From positions 17,588 to 81,587 of the forward strand of contig CAZIRU010000004.1 in the NCBI GenBank assembly GCA_964541905.1: a DNA stretch of 64,000 bases, read 5' to 3'. This DNA comes from an uncultured Verrucomicrobiota bacterium (GTDB lineage Bacteria > Verrucomicrobiota > Verrucomicrobiia > CAZIPW01). Below, in pieces: positions 18,049 to 28,149 of the stretch (its first letter is position 1; each line of letters opens with the position of its first letter). Below the pieces are notes generated by a model, which saw only the letters and a program-made list of their open reading frames with translations, was not told the origin of the DNA and did not search any database. A program made the position numbers and the translations under genes.

Positions 18049-19611
18049 ATGAACACGCTTTTTGAACAACTTGGAAAAATTTGGAAAGAGCTGAGCGCTG
18101 CTCAGAAAATGACGATTGTCGCGGCGGCACTCGCAGTCGCGGTGGGTATGGGAGCTTTGGTCTTTTACTCAAGTCGGCCGCAGATGCGTTTGCTTTATGG
18201 CGGCATTGATTCGAAGGATATGGCGGAGGTGATTTCTACCCTCGACGAGGAAAAAATACCTTATGAGATGGGGGCGGGCGGGCGTTCGGTTTTTGTTCCT
18301 TCGGAGAAAGTATATCAGCTGCGAATGAAGATGGCAGGAGAGGGGATTCCCAGCGGCGGTGGGGTGGGTTATGAGATTTTTGATAAGGGGAATTTTGGAG
18401 TGTCGGACTTTGTTCAGCGTGCGAATTATGTTAGAGCCCTGCAAGGGGAACTTTCGCGCTCGATTAACCAGTTGGAAGGGGTGCGCGCTTCGCGGGTAAT
18501 GATTGTACTGCCTGAAAATAAACTTTTAGTGACAAATGATCATGCACGTCCGACGGCTTCGGTGTTTGTGGACGTAGGAGGCCGGAGCTTGAGCGAAGAG
18601 AATGTGACTGCTATCCGTTATTTGGTAGCGAATTCAGTGGAGGGCCTAAAAACCACCGATGTCGCTGTAGTGGACAACACCGGCAAGGTGTTAAGCTCCA
18701 ATTCGGAAGAGGAATCGACATTCGGAGCGGCCGCAGGCCACTTGAAATTCCGCAAGTCCATAGAAGATTATTTCACAAAGAAGATTGAGACAATGCTTGC
18801 GCCTATTGTGGGGGAAGGAAACGTTGTGGTTCGGGTTTCGGCTGATTTGAGTTTTGATGCACAGACGCTGGTCGAGGAAAAGTATGATCCGGAAGGGCAG
18901 GTGATTCGTTCGCAGACAAGTCAGGAGGAGACCTCCTCGAGCTCGGAGAATTCTCCGGGAGGAGTGGTCGGCACGGCGGCGAACGGGCCGGGTGCATCGG
19001 GCGCAGCGGCAGCCCTGCAGAACAGCAACAGCAATTCGCAGAAGAACAAGAGTATTTCCTATGAAATCAACAAATCGGTGAGCGAAACCGTGCGCACGCC
19101 TGGCAGTATCAAATCGATTTCGGCCGCGATCTTTCTGGCCAAAAAAGTTGAAGGAGGTTCGACTACCAGCGCCCCGGTCAATCGCACGGCTCAGGAGCTC
19201 GATACAATCAAAAAGATGGTTATTAATGCTTTGGGTCTGGATCCCGCGAGCACGCCTGACCAGCGTGTGACGGTGGATGAGATGACCTTTGAGAAGCCGG
19301 CGGCATTGGCCGTCGAGAAAACAAATACCATTGCAAGTGCGACCGGAGGAGCTTCGGGCTTAATGGAGATGGGGCGGAAGCTTTTGGCAATCGCCGCCGC
19401 CGTGGGTATTTTCCTCTTCTTCCTCAAAATGCTCAAAAACCAAAAGAACGAGCCGGCTAGCCTAGAAGTGGTGGAGGAAAAACAGGCCGCTTCAGCTCAA
19501 CAACCTGTCGCAGTTACACCGGAGCTTTTAAATAATTTGATCCAGCAAAAACCTGAAAATGTCAGCGCAACGCTCAAAACCTGGGTGGCGGCCGGACAGA
19601 ATAGACGATAG
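18049..19611 (+). CDS. fliF: flagellar MS-ring protein FliF
   Basis: N-terminal TM segment, RLLYGGIDSKDMAEV, YEIFDKGNFGVSDFVQRANYVRALQGELSRSI, and a C-terminal TM segment. Confidence 0.9.
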   Translation: MNTLFEQLGKIWKELSAAQKMTIVAAALAVAVGMGALVFYSSRPQMRLLYGGIDSKDMAEVISTLDEEKIPYEMGAGGRSVFVPSEKVYQLRMKMAGEGIPSGGGVGYEIFDKGNFGVSDFVQRANYVRALQGELSRSINQLEGVRASRVMIVLPENKLLVTNDHARPTASVFVDVGGRSLSEENVTAIRYLVANSVEGLKTTDVAVVDNTGKVLSSNSEEESTFGAAAGHLKFRKSIEDYFTKKIETMLAPIVGEGNVVVRVSADLSFDAQTLVEEKYDPEGQVIRSQTSQEETSSSSENSPGGVVGTAANGPGASGAAAALQNSNSNSQKNKSISYEINKSVSETVRTPGSIKSISAAIFLAKKVEGGSTTSAPVNRTAQELDTIKKMVINALGLDPASTPDQRVTVDEMTFEKPAALAVEKTNTIASATGGASGLMEMGRKLLAIAAAVGIFLFFLKMLKNQKNEPASLEVVEEKQAASAQQPVAVTPELLNNLIQQKPENVSATLKTWVAAGQNRR

Positions 19612-19612
19612 T

Positions 19613-20647
19613 ATGCCTGAAACACTTGAAATCAACATAGAGTACGACAAGCTCAATAAATACCAGCGCTTGGCGATCTTCATGATTGTGCTGGGAGTGC
19701 CTGTGGCTTCGGAACTTTTAAAGCACTTCGAGGACCACGAAGTGGAGCTTATTTGTCAGGAAATCGCCAACTATCCGCTTATCGACATGAAGACGAAAAA
19801 GCGTGTGATTGATGAGTTTAGCGGGATTATTGGCGAGGGGCTGGGGACTGAACTTGGAGGGTCGTCTTATGCGCTTAAGACGCTCGAGAAGGCAAAGGGA
19901 GATTTCAAGGCGGCCAATATTATTGGGAGAATTGCGCCAGCCACAAGTGCGCTGGAGGTCCTCAACGAGATTTCCGAAATGGAGCCGCGCCAGATTTACA
20001 ATTTGATTAAAAATGAGCAACCCCAGACGGTGGCCTTTATCCTTTCGCACCTTACGGAGGAGAAGTCAGCTGCCATTTTGACGATGTTGCCCCCAGAGTT
20101 GCGCGAAGTCGTCACTGAGCGCATCGGCATCATGGAGACGACTTCCACCGAGCTTGTGGCTAAGGTAGTGCACAATCTCAAAAAGCACATGGTGGGCGCC
20201 CAACGCCAGACGACACACGTTGCTGGCGGGATTCGTACTGTTGTCGGGCTTATCAACGCGATGGACAAAGAGGTCAGCAAGGCTCTCTTGGTCAAACTCG
20301 AGGAACGCAATCCGGCTTTGGGCCAAGCCATTCGCAAAAAACTGTTCTCTTTCGAAGACCTCCTCAAGCTTCAGCAGCCCGATTTGCAGCGAATTTTGCG
20401 CGAGGTCGAAATGGGGGACCTTACGATTGCGCTCAAATCTGCGACGCCCGCGCTTCAACAAGCGATTTACTCCGGTGTTTCCAAACGCGCCGCCGAAACC
20501 CTCAAAGAGGAAATTTCCATGCTCGGGCCTGTCAAGCTCAAGGACGTGGAAGCGGCTCAAGATCGTATTATTCAGGTGGTGCGCCGATTGGGTGACGATG
20601 GAGAAATCTCACTCGACGCTTCCGGCGGAGATCAAATGGTTGGATAG
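19613..20647 (+). CDS. fliG: flagellar motor switch protein FliG
   Basis: KYQRLAIFMIVLG, EPRQIYNLIKNEQPQTVAFILSHL and the C-terminus ISLDASGGDQMV. I chose the start at the ATG 1 nt after the fliF stop. Confidence 0.9.
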   Translation: MPETLEINIEYDKLNKYQRLAIFMIVLGVPVASELLKHFEDHEVELICQEIANYPLIDMKTKKRVIDEFSGIIGEGLGTELGGSSYALKTLEKAKGDFKAANIIGRIAPATSALEVLNEISEMEPRQIYNLIKNEQPQTVAFILSHLTEEKSAAILTMLPPELREVVTERIGIMETTSTELVAKVVHNLKKHMVGAQRQTTHVAGGIRTVVGLINAMDKEVSKALLVKLEERNPALGQAIRKKLFSFEDLLKLQQPDLQRILREVEMGDLTIALKSATPALQQAIYSGVSKRAAETLKEEISMLGPVKLKDVEAAQDRIIQVVRRLGDDGEISLDASGGDQMVG

Positions 20648-20658
20648 AAGTTTTTCTC

Positions 20659-21240
20659 ATGGCATTCGAGACGGCCCTAGTTTTTTCGAGGAAACTCAAA
20701 AGTGTTTCGCTGGAGAGCTCCGGCGAGGCGCCGATTGGCGGAGCGGCTCTTGAGGCCGCGCGCCAAGAAAGCTTTCAGGCTGGCTTTCAGTCGGCCAGCG
20801 ACAAATGCAATGCGCAAATCTTGGAGCTTAGAACCCAGATGCAACAGCATGCCGATGGAATTTTGAAAAAAATCGAGGGGGCTTACGAGGCGCTTGCCGG
20901 CGAGCTGGCCGCAGCGCTGCCCGAGCTGATTGTGGCGGGTGTACATAAAATTTTAGGGGAAGATGCCTCGGGCGTCGAGACGTTGCGCGCCAGAATAGAC
21001 AATGCGGTGGCGCAAAGTTGTCCCGTCGGCGAGCCGGTGAGTGTTCGTTTGGCGCCGCAGGACCTGAAGGCGTTACAGGAGATGGACGCGCAATATTGCG
21101 AGAATCATCCGCGGTTGAGTTTCAAGGCCGACGAGACTCTCAAGGTGGGCGATTGCGTGATGGAGACGAAATTTGGGCTTGTGGATGCGCGGCTAAGAAC
21201 GCAGTTGCGCAGGCTTTTGGAGGAGGTGTCTGTTTTATGA
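20659..21240 (+). CDS. fliH: flagellar assembly protein FliH (by position and size)
   Basis: 193-aa acidic, helical protein between fliG and fliI. Its stop overlaps the fliI start (ATGA). Confidence 0.55.
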   Translation: MAFETALVFSRKLKSVSLESSGEAPIGGAALEAARQESFQAGFQSASDKCNAQILELRTQMQQHADGILKKIEGAYEALAGELAAALPELIVAGVHKILGEDASGVETLRARIDNAVAQSCPVGEPVSVRLAPQDLKALQEMDAQYCENHPRLSFKADETLKVGDCVMETKFGLVDARLRTQLRRLLEEVSVL

Positions 21241-22559
21241 CCGAGCCACTTTTGCAGCGCTTGGAACGTATTCGCGGAAGACTGCATACATTTAGCCCGC
21301 AAGTCAAGGTTGGACGCGTGGTGCAAGTGCAGGGGCTGATCGTGGAGTCTGAGGGCCCAGATCTTTCGTTGGGAGAATTGTGTGTTATTTCCTCGGAGCG
21401 CACCGGCGTTCAGGTGGAGGCTGAAGTGGTTGGCTTTCGGGATGAAAGACTGCTTTTGATGCCGCTAATGAACATGAATGAAATTCACGCTGGGGCAAGT
21501 GTGCGCGCTGCCGGAGTGGGTGAGCGCGTTCCTTTAGGAGAAGGCCTGGTTGGCCGCGTCATTGACGGAAGAGGGCTTCCGATAGATGGCAAAGGCGAGT
21601 TGCGCGCCAGTTATAGCAATGGTTTGCAATCGGCCGCGCCGAATCCGCTCAAACGCGAGCGCATCCGAGAAATGCTGACGACCGGAGTGCGTTCGATCGA
21701 CTTGTTTACGCCATTGGGCTGTGGCCAGCGCATCGGAATCTTTTCGGGCTCTGGTGTGGGTAAGTCGACGCTTTTGGGTATGGTCGCCCGACATTCTGCT
21801 GCGGACGTAAATGTTATCGCACTTATCGGCGAGCGCGGAAGAGAACTGCGCGAATTTATCGAGGGCGATCTCAAGGAGGCGGGGATGAAGCGTTCGGTGG
21901 TGGTGGTTTCGACCTCCGATCAGCCTGCACCCCTGCGCGTGCGTGCGGCGCTGATGGCAACGCGCATTGCGGAGTATTTCCGCTCGCGTGGACAAAAGGT
22001 GATGTTGATGATGGACTCGCTCACGCGATTGGCGATGGCTCAACGCGAAATTGGTCTGGCCATCGGCGAGCCGCCCACTTCGCGTGGCTATACGCCATCG
22101 GTTTTTGCGCTTCTACCAAAAATTTTGGAGCGTACGGGGATGGATGAAATCGGCGCTATTACCGCGCTGTATACAGTCCTTGTGGAAGGCGACGACATGA
22201 ATGAGCCCATTGCCGACGCGGCCCGCGGTATTTTGGACGGCCATATTGTTTTGAGCCGCGCCCTAGCCACCGCCAATCATTATCCGCCGGTCGATATTCT
22301 GGAGAGCTTGAGTCGCCTGACAAGGACGCTTTTAACGCCGGAGGAGCTTTCGTTGGTTTCTACCGCGCGAGACTTGATGGCGATTTATCGCAAGAACGAG
22401 GACCTTATCCAAGTGGGCGCGTATGCAAAGGGCACAAACCCAAAGCTTGATCGCGCCATACAGAAGCAGCCGTTTTTGATGGAGCTTTTAAAGCAGCATT
22501 TTGACGAGTGCGCCGACCGGAAAGCGGCACTCAAAAAACTTAAAGAAATTTTGGCATAG
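21237..22559 (+). CDS. fliI: flagellum-specific ATPase FliI
   Basis: Walker A motif GSGVGKST, Walker B motif VMLMMDSLTR, and the F1/T3SS-ATPase-type sequence YPPVDILESLSR. Confidence 0.95.
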   Translation: MTEPLLQRLERIRGRLHTFSPQVKVGRVVQVQGLIVESEGPDLSLGELCVISSERTGVQVEAEVVGFRDERLLLMPLMNMNEIHAGASVRAAGVGERVPLGEGLVGRVIDGRGLPIDGKGELRASYSNGLQSAAPNPLKRERIREMLTTGVRSIDLFTPLGCGQRIGIFSGSGVGKSTLLGMVARHSAADVNVIALIGERGRELREFIEGDLKEAGMKRSVVVVSTSDQPAPLRVRAALMATRIAEYFRSRGQKVMLMMDSLTRLAMAQREIGLAIGEPPTSRGYTPSVFALLPKILERTGMDEIGAITALYTVLVEGDDMNEPIADAARGILDGHIVLSRALATANHYPPVDILESLSRLTRTLLTPEELSLVSTARDLMAIYRKNEDLIQVGAYAKGTNPKLDRAIQKQPFLMELLKQHFDECADRKAALKKLKEILA

Positions 22560-22560
22560 T

Positions 22561-23010
22561 ATGAAAAAATTTAAATTTTCACTGGATTCAGCCTTGAAAT
22601 GGAAGCTTTCTCTGGAAGAGGCCGCCTTGCAGCTCTTCGGCGAGGCGTCGCGCAAACGCGAACTGGCTTTTGAAACGCTGCAAAACGCGCGGAGATGCCA
22701 AGGCGAACTTTTAAAAATAGTCCGTCAGGCGCGCGAAGGGCGGCAAGAAGGCTGGAGACAGGTTGCCTATTTGCGTGAGGTTAACAGGCAAGAAGGCCTT
22801 TGTAAAAATTATGAAGAGCTTTTGGAACGAGCTAAAGCCGAAGAGGTGAAAGCCCGCGAGGGCTATTTGCTGCAGCGACGCGAGGCGGAAGCAATTCGAC
22901 GATTGCGCCAAAAACGCCACGAAGATTACCAAAAAGAAACCAATCGAGAAATCGAAAAAGAATTGGAAGAGATTATGCTTTCCAGAGAGGGTAGCGCATT
23001 ATGCAGCTGA
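22561..23010 (+). CDS. fliJ: flagellar export chaperone FliJ (by position, coiled coil)
   Basis: 149-aa charged coiled-coil protein directly after fliI. Confidence 0.5.
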   Translation: MKKFKFSLDSALKWKLSLEEAALQLFGEASRKRELAFETLQNARRCQGELLKIVRQAREGRQEGWRQVAYLREVNRQEGLCKNYEELLERAKAEEVKAREGYLLQRREAEAIRRLRQKRHEDYQKETNREIEKELEEIMLSREGSALCS

Positions 23011-23597
23011 TTTTAAACAAGTGGTTCGCGCCTGTCTTGGCGATGTTTATCGTTTTGGCGGTAAGCTCGCTGAGGGTTTACCAGTATTTGGATTCGACGC
23101 TGATGGCTTATGCCAACTCTTTTCGAACCGAAGATGTGGACTATTATGTGTATTGGACTTTCCATACGCGCGAATTACAAAAGCTCATCGACGCACTTGA
23201 GAATCGCCAGAAGGAGGTCGCCGATCGCGGAGAGGAACTTAGACTTTACGAAGAGCGCCTAGGGGCCGAGAAAAAGGAGCTGGAGGTGGTGCGCGAACGT
23301 TTGGAAGCGCTTCGGAAGAATATAGACGAAGTTGTTGTACAGTCGCGTTCGGCCGAGATGAAGAATATAAAGACCCTTGCCTCAACCTATTCAGCCATGA
23401 GCGCAGATGTAGTTGCTGGAATCTTCAATCAGATGGACGATAATATGGTCGTCAAAATATTGGCGTTGATGAAATCGGATACTGTTGGCGCAGTGTTTGA
23501 GGCCATGACCGCCCAGCCGGGCCAGGAGGCGCAAATGCGCGCAAGGATTGCACGTCTTTCTGAGAAAATGCGATTTTACCAGCAGTCGCAAAAGTAG
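23001..23597 (+). CDS. MotE/FlbB-like flagellar protein with an MgtE_N-like domain
   Basis: N-terminal TM segment, coiled coil, then SAMSADVVAGIFNQMDDNMVVKILALMKSDTVGAVFEAM. This resembles the MgtE-N-type domain of proteins found between fliJ and fliK in other clusters. Confidence 0.5.
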   Translation: MQLILNKWFAPVLAMFIVLAVSSLRVYQYLDSTLMAYANSFRTEDVDYYVYWTFHTRELQKLIDALENRQKEVADRGEELRLYEERLGAEKKELEVVRERLEALRKNIDEVVVQSRSAEMKNIKTLASTYSAMSADVVAGIFNQMDDNMVVKILALMKSDTVGAVFEAMTAQPGQEAQMRARIARLSEKMRFYQQSQK

Positions 23598-23599
23598 CC

Positions 23600-24643
23600 A
23601 TGTGGGAATATGACGTCCATGCTACTGCAAACCGCGCCGAGGAGCGCGAACTTCTGGAGGCGGACGCCGAAAAGGCGAGAGCGGAGCGCCTATTGACGAA
23701 AGAAAAGCCTCCCGAGTTTGACTGGGATAAAATGCTTTTCGAGAAGGCGGTGCAAGCGGAACGAATGGTGGAAAAAGAAGCCGTCATTGAAGAGGCGTTT
23801 TCGCGTGCCGAGAAAAGCCGCGAGCAGGGTGAATTTTTGGCGGCTTCGCGGCGCGCCCTGAAGGAAGAGTCCGCGCGCCTTGATGAAGAGGCGCATCTTT
23901 CGAAGCTTGAAAATACAAAATCGGCCGCGCCTGCGGCGGGCGCTGCGATGTGTGATGTGCGCCAAAGCGTCTCTGGATTTTCTCCCGCGCAGTCGACGCC
24001 CGAGCTATGCTCTGAGGCATTGGGGCAGCCTGTGATAGTATCCGAAGGAGTGGCTCCTACTTCGGCCGTGCCATCGGCGCAGGTTCCGTTGGATAAGGAG
24101 AGCGGTCGACATCTTGATGGTAAAGAAACTGTAAAAACATCGACGCAGTCCCATCAAAAAGCGGCATTGCAGCACTTTGGCGAGTGCTCTGGTACGCAAA
24201 ATGCTCCAAAGGAGTCTATGAGTTTTTCGGCGCACCATGAGAATCGTCGCGATACGTCGCGCACGCATGATTTTGCATTCAGTCAAGATGCCCTTGACGG
24301 CGTTTCGCGGATGCGTTTGGGTGCCCTCGTTGAATCGGCGCAAACCGATTTCCAAGACGTGGCCGTGCGCGAGACCTTTATCACTCGCATGCAGGAGCTT
24401 ATCAATCGTCTGTGTGCGATGGGTCAAAGTTGGGCGCGTATTGTTGTTCCGGTGGATGCACAGACAAAGATCATCGTGCGTTTCAACTCAAGCTCGGGGC
24501 GCGTTAAGATTCATATTACTGCCCCCGACAAAGGGCTGGCCGAACTCATTTTATCCGGCTGGAAAACTTTGACAGGAGATGTGGCCAAGAATGGCATTAA
24601 CGTGGACGAACCCACTTTCGACTATTCAAACTATGACAACTGA
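23600..24643 (+). CDS. fliK: flagellar hook-length control protein FliK-like
   Basis: Low-complexity N-terminal part. The C-terminal part (ARIVVPVDAQTKIIVRFNSSSGRVKIHITAPDKGLAELI) resembles the Flg_hook domain. The gene sits before flgD. Confidence 0.5.
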   Translation: MWEYDVHATANRAEERELLEADAEKARAERLLTKEKPPEFDWDKMLFEKAVQAERMVEKEAVIEEAFSRAEKSREQGEFLAASRRALKEESARLDEEAHLSKLENTKSAAPAAGAAMCDVRQSVSGFSPAQSTPELCSEALGQPVIVSEGVAPTSAVPSAQVPLDKESGRHLDGKETVKTSTQSHQKAALQHFGECSGTQNAPKESMSFSAHHENRRDTSRTHDFAFSQDALDGVSRMRLGALVESAQTDFQDVAVRETFITRMQELINRLCAMGQSWARIVVPVDAQTKIIVRFNSSSGRVKIHITAPDKGLAELILSGWKTLTGDVAKNGINVDEPTFDYSNYDN

Positions 24644-25034
24644 AGCAACCAGCGCAGTATCCCCTACTTCATACTTAACTCAGGATGATTTCCTGGAGTT
24701 GCTAACCGTGCAGCTCGAAAATCAAGACCCACTCAATCCCGTCTCGGATACCGACTTTATAGCGCAAATGGCTCAGTTTTCGGCGCTGCAGATCTCAACG
24801 GAGACCAACAATACCCTCGTGGATTTGGCGAGTACTGTTTCCGCGCAGGGGACTGTGTCCTACATCGGCAAGCGAGTGACAGTAGATAGCGCAGATGGCT
24901 ATATTACTGGAGACGTGACCGAGGTGGGAGTCTCTGATGACCAGCCCTATGTGACAATAAACGGCACTAATTATAACGCTTCCTCAATTATCTCGGTTTC
25001 AAATATTTCCACAACCTCAAACACTCAAAGCTAA
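24633..25034 (+). CDS. flgD: flagellar hook assembly (capping) protein FlgD
   Basis: LTQDDFLELLTVQLENQDPLNPVSDTDFIAQMAQFSALQ is the FlgD N-terminal signature. Confidence 0.85.
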   Translation: MTTEATSAVSPTSYLTQDDFLELLTVQLENQDPLNPVSDTDFIAQMAQFSALQISTETNNTLVDLASTVSAQGTVSYIGKRVTVDSADGYITGDVTEVGVSDDQPYVTINGTNYNASSIISVSNISTTSNTQS

Positions 25035-25040
25035 TTTTCT

Positions 25041-26030
25041 ATGTCTCTTACAGGTTCACTTTCTTCCGGCGTCTCGGCTCTAAAAAGTTTTTCAAAGGGG
25101 CTCGAGGTCATCGGCAATAATATTGCCAACGTTAATACCACCGGCTTTAAGGCTTCGCAAATCAGCTATTCCGATACCTTCAGTAATGAACTGGATACGG
25201 CGTCTTCCGCAAGTAGCACAAACAACAATACTTCACAAGTGGGGACGGGAGTGCAAGTGGCGGCCATCTCGACGGTCAATACTCAAGGATCGATTAATGA
25301 GACAGGGGTGAGCACCAACCTTGCAATAGACGGTGATGGGTATTTTATTGTTCGAAATATTCTCGGTGACGAAAATTATGCCACGCGCGCGGGAGATTTT
25401 GCCCTTGATGACGAAGGATATTTGGTGAACTCTTCGGGCTTGCGCCTGCAAGGAGTGGTGGGGGGCTCGATTAGCTACGATGTTACGCAGGATACGGAAG
25501 GTAATTTGATTTACACTTTGGATACGGCTGCCGCTACATCTCCTTCGACCGTGGGGGATATGAGTTTTACCTATTCGCTTGGCGTTGGGAGCGGGTTGAC
25601 GGTGGATAGCTCCGTTACCGCCACTCAGGCGCAGATCGAGGCCAACGCACCCTTTACTTCGGCAATTGCCTTTAGTTCGGATGGGACCATAACCGTTACG
25701 ATGAATGACGGGACGAGTTTTAAACTCGGACAGGTTTTGCTGATGGATTTTACGAATGTCAATGCGCTCAAAAAGACGGGTGATAATCTCTATACGAATC
25801 TGGCGGCGGCTGCTCCGACAACAGGTTCGGTGACGCTTGATCCAACCCTCAATCTTCCAGGGACAAGTGGTTTAGGGGTTTTTAAGACGAGGGCTTTGGA
25901 ACTTTCCAACGTCGACTTGACGGCAGAATTTGCGAACCTTATAGTCACGCAACGTAGCTTCCAGGCCGGATCTCGTATCATTACGGTAACGGATGATATT
26001 TTACAGGAAGTCGTTAATTTAAAACGTTAA
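25041..26030 (+). CDS. flgE: flagellar hook protein FlgE (short, 329 aa)
   Basis: N-terminus LEVIGNNIANVNTTGFKAS and C-terminus LELSNVDLTAEFANLIVTQRSFQAGSRIITVTDDILQEVVNL. Confidence 0.85.
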   Translation: MSLTGSLSSGVSALKSFSKGLEVIGNNIANVNTTGFKASQISYSDTFSNELDTASSASSTNNNTSQVGTGVQVAAISTVNTQGSINETGVSTNLAIDGDGYFIVRNILGDENYATRAGDFALDDEGYLVNSSGLRLQGVVGGSISYDVTQDTEGNLIYTLDTAAATSPSTVGDMSFTYSLGVGSGLTVDSSVTATQAQIEANAPFTSAIAFSSDGTITVTMNDGTSFKLGQVLLMDFTNVNALKKTGDNLYTNLAAAAPTTGSVTLDPTLNLPGTSGLGVFKTRALELSNVDLTAEFANLIVTQRSFQAGSRIITVTDDILQEVVNLKR

Positions 26031-26036
26031 TAATTT

Positions 26037-26684
26037 ATGGCTGAAGAAAAACAAGATAAAAACACTGAGGCAGAAAAGGCGAAAACTGAAGCGCCAAAGG
26101 CCGAAGGTTCTCCCCCAGAGGCAGCCGTCAAACCGAAGGCCGCCTCAGCAGGTGGTAGCCCTTGGTTGCCTGTTCTGATGGTCATTATTGTTTTGCCGAT
26201 ACTGTCCTTTGTTGTGACAGAGACAGTGATGATCCCGCGTTTGAAGAGAACCTTGGGCGACATCGCCAAAGTCCAGCAGCAAAGCGACCAGCCTGCACAT
26301 GGCGGACCTTTGCCATCTCCCAAAAAGGCAGGCGAGAAAAAGGCTGAAGGTGCGCATGGTGGTGGTGAAAAAGCGGAGGGCGGCAGCGGATCGGTGGAAT
26401 TCCCAAATGTTGTCGCCAATCTTGCAGGTTCTATGAAGAGCCGCTTCTTGAAAGTCAGTTTTATCGTCGAAGGCGACGAGCCAGCTTTTAAGGAGGAGAT
26501 TGAGCAGAGCCGTACAAAGATTATTGATAGCGCGCTTGGCATTATGAGCGCCTTGAGCGTTGCGGATTTGGAAGAGCCTGGGATAAAAAATATTATTCGC
26601 AGCGATTTGATTGACGGCTTTAACCAAGTCTTGGGCAAAACTCTCGTGATGCGTCTATATTTTTCGGAATTTGTTGTGCAATAG
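26037..26684 (+). CDS. fliL: flagellar basal body-associated protein FliL
   Basis: Single TM segment (LPVLMVIIVLPILSFVV). The C-terminal FliL-type region is FLKVSFIVEG...IKNIIRSDLIDGFNQVLG. It has Lys/Glu/Ala-rich extensions. Confidence 0.75.
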   Translation: MAEEKQDKNTEAEKAKTEAPKAEGSPPEAAVKPKAASAGGSPWLPVLMVIIVLPILSFVVTETVMIPRLKRTLGDIAKVQQQSDQPAHGGPLPSPKKAGEKKAEGAHGGGEKAEGGSGSVEFPNVVANLAGSMKSRFLKVSFIVEGDEPAFKEEIEQSRTKIIDSALGIMSALSVADLEEPGIKNIIRSDLIDGFNQVLGKTLVMRLYFSEFVVQ

Positions 26685-26695
26685 AAATTTGAAGA

Positions 26696-27892
26696 ATGAG
26701 CGAAGAGCCAAACAGTAGTGAAGCGCCCAAGGAGAATCCGCAGGAAAATTCTTCGGAAGGGGCGCAAAGCTCGACACCAAATCCAGATTCGCAGGCGCCG
26801 GAAGCCCCCGCGCCCGAAACTCCGGCGGCGCAAGCTCCAGTACCAGAACCGCGCCCCTCCGCTCCAACGCCGCCTCCAGCGGCTGAGCCTGCTGCCGATA
26901 TTAATATGCAACTGGATCAGGGCGATATCGAAGCGCTCTTGGCGGAGGTGGAAACAAAAAAAACCGAATTGGTTTATACGCATGATGGCGAACGTTATCC
27001 TTTAGGACAAAAGCTCGTCATCGAAAACTACGATTTCCGCAATCCCGTGTTTCTCACTGAATATGACTTGCGCCAAGTGCGCATTCGCCAAGAGCAATTT
27101 GTCCATTATTTAGCTGCGCGCATGTCGATGTTTCTGCGGATGGATTTTGGACTCAAAATGTCCAAGTTGCAAACGGTGGACTTTAGCAAATTTACGGCAG
27201 CCTTGCCGAATCCAGTTGCGATAACACTTTTTAAAGCTGAACCCCTTTCGGGAGTGGGCGTCCTTTCTATTAGCCCGCGTTTGGCGATGACGATTGTCGA
27301 TAGAATGCTTGGAGGCAAGGGACATTCCGTGCGGCAGGACAGATACTTGACCGAAATCGAAGTCTCGCTGCTCAACGATGTGGTGACGATCTTCTTGGAA
27401 GAGTGGAGCCGGCAATGGACAGATATTCAAGAACTGACTCCCGCCATCGTTGGCAATGAGAATAACGGAAGGTTTTTGCAGACAACGGCTAGCGACGCGC
27501 CCATGTTGGTTTTGGTGATGGAGGGCGACTTGGGGGATTGTGCTGAGGAAATTCAGTTTGCGATCCCCTATTATACAATCGAGCCGCTGGTAAAACAGAT
27601 CCAAGCCAACAGCAAAAAGTATGCGCGCATCCAGTCGCTTGAAAAGACCGTTTCTTGGCAGGAGGCCTATTCGGGCATTCGCATGCCCCTCTATGCAGAG
27701 TGGCCTTCCTTCGACATGACGGTTCGAGATCTATTAGCCCTGCGGGTGGGGGATGTCTTGGAGCTTTCGGCTTCGGTGTTGCAAGATACTTCCGTGCGGG
27801 TTGTCAATTCAACAAAATTTAAAGGCGAGGTGGGGCTTGAAGGCGAACGTGTTGCCGTCAAGATCACCGAACGAATAAAAGAGAAAGTCTAA
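26696..27892 (+). CDS. fliM: flagellar motor switch protein FliM (start uncertain: 26696 or 26906)
   Basis: A CheY-binding-type motif LDQGDIEALL occupies residues 73-82 of the long ORF. The FliM middle domain and a FliN-like C-terminus follow. The Met two residues before the motif (ATG 26906) is an alternative start. Confidence 0.85.
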   Translation: MSEEPNSSEAPKENPQENSSEGAQSSTPNPDSQAPEAPAPETPAAQAPVPEPRPSAPTPPPAAEPAADINMQLDQGDIEALLAEVETKKTELVYTHDGERYPLGQKLVIENYDFRNPVFLTEYDLRQVRIRQEQFVHYLAARMSMFLRMDFGLKMSKLQTVDFSKFTAALPNPVAITLFKAEPLSGVGVLSISPRLAMTIVDRMLGGKGHSVRQDRYLTEIEVSLLNDVVTIFLEEWSRQWTDIQELTPAIVGNENNGRFLQTTASDAPMLVLVMEGDLGDCAEEIQFAIPYYTIEPLVKQIQANSKKYARIQSLEKTVSWQEAYSGIRMPLYAEWPSFDMTVRDLLALRVGDVLELSASVLQDTSVRVVNSTKFKGEVGLEGERVAVKITERIKEKV

Positions 27893-27894
27893 CT

Positions 27895-28149
27895 ATGGCA
27901 GAAACAGAAGCAAAAGGTCTCGATTTGGTTTTGGACGTTAAGGTTCAAATAACAGTGCAGCTTGGCTCGTGCGAGTTGCCGATGCGCGAGGTGCTCGCGC
28001 TGACTCCCGGAGCTGTTTTGCAGCTCAAACAGCAGGCCAAGGATCCTGTGGGGCTCTATGTAAATGGCAAGCTTATTGCTTACGGTGAGGTGGTCGTCGT
28101 CGAAGATAACTTCGGCATCAAGATCACCGAACTCGTTGGCAACTCATGA
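27895..28149 (+). CDS. fliN: flagellar motor switch protein FliN
   Basis: 84 aa with LLDVKVQITVQLGSCELPMREVLALTPGAVLQL...GKLIAYGEVVVVEDNFGIKITE, a SpoA-type domain. Confidence 0.9.
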   Translation: MAETEAKGLDLVLDVKVQITVQLGSCELPMREVLALTPGAVLQLKQQAKDPVGLYVNGKLIAYGEVVVVEDNFGIKITELVGNS

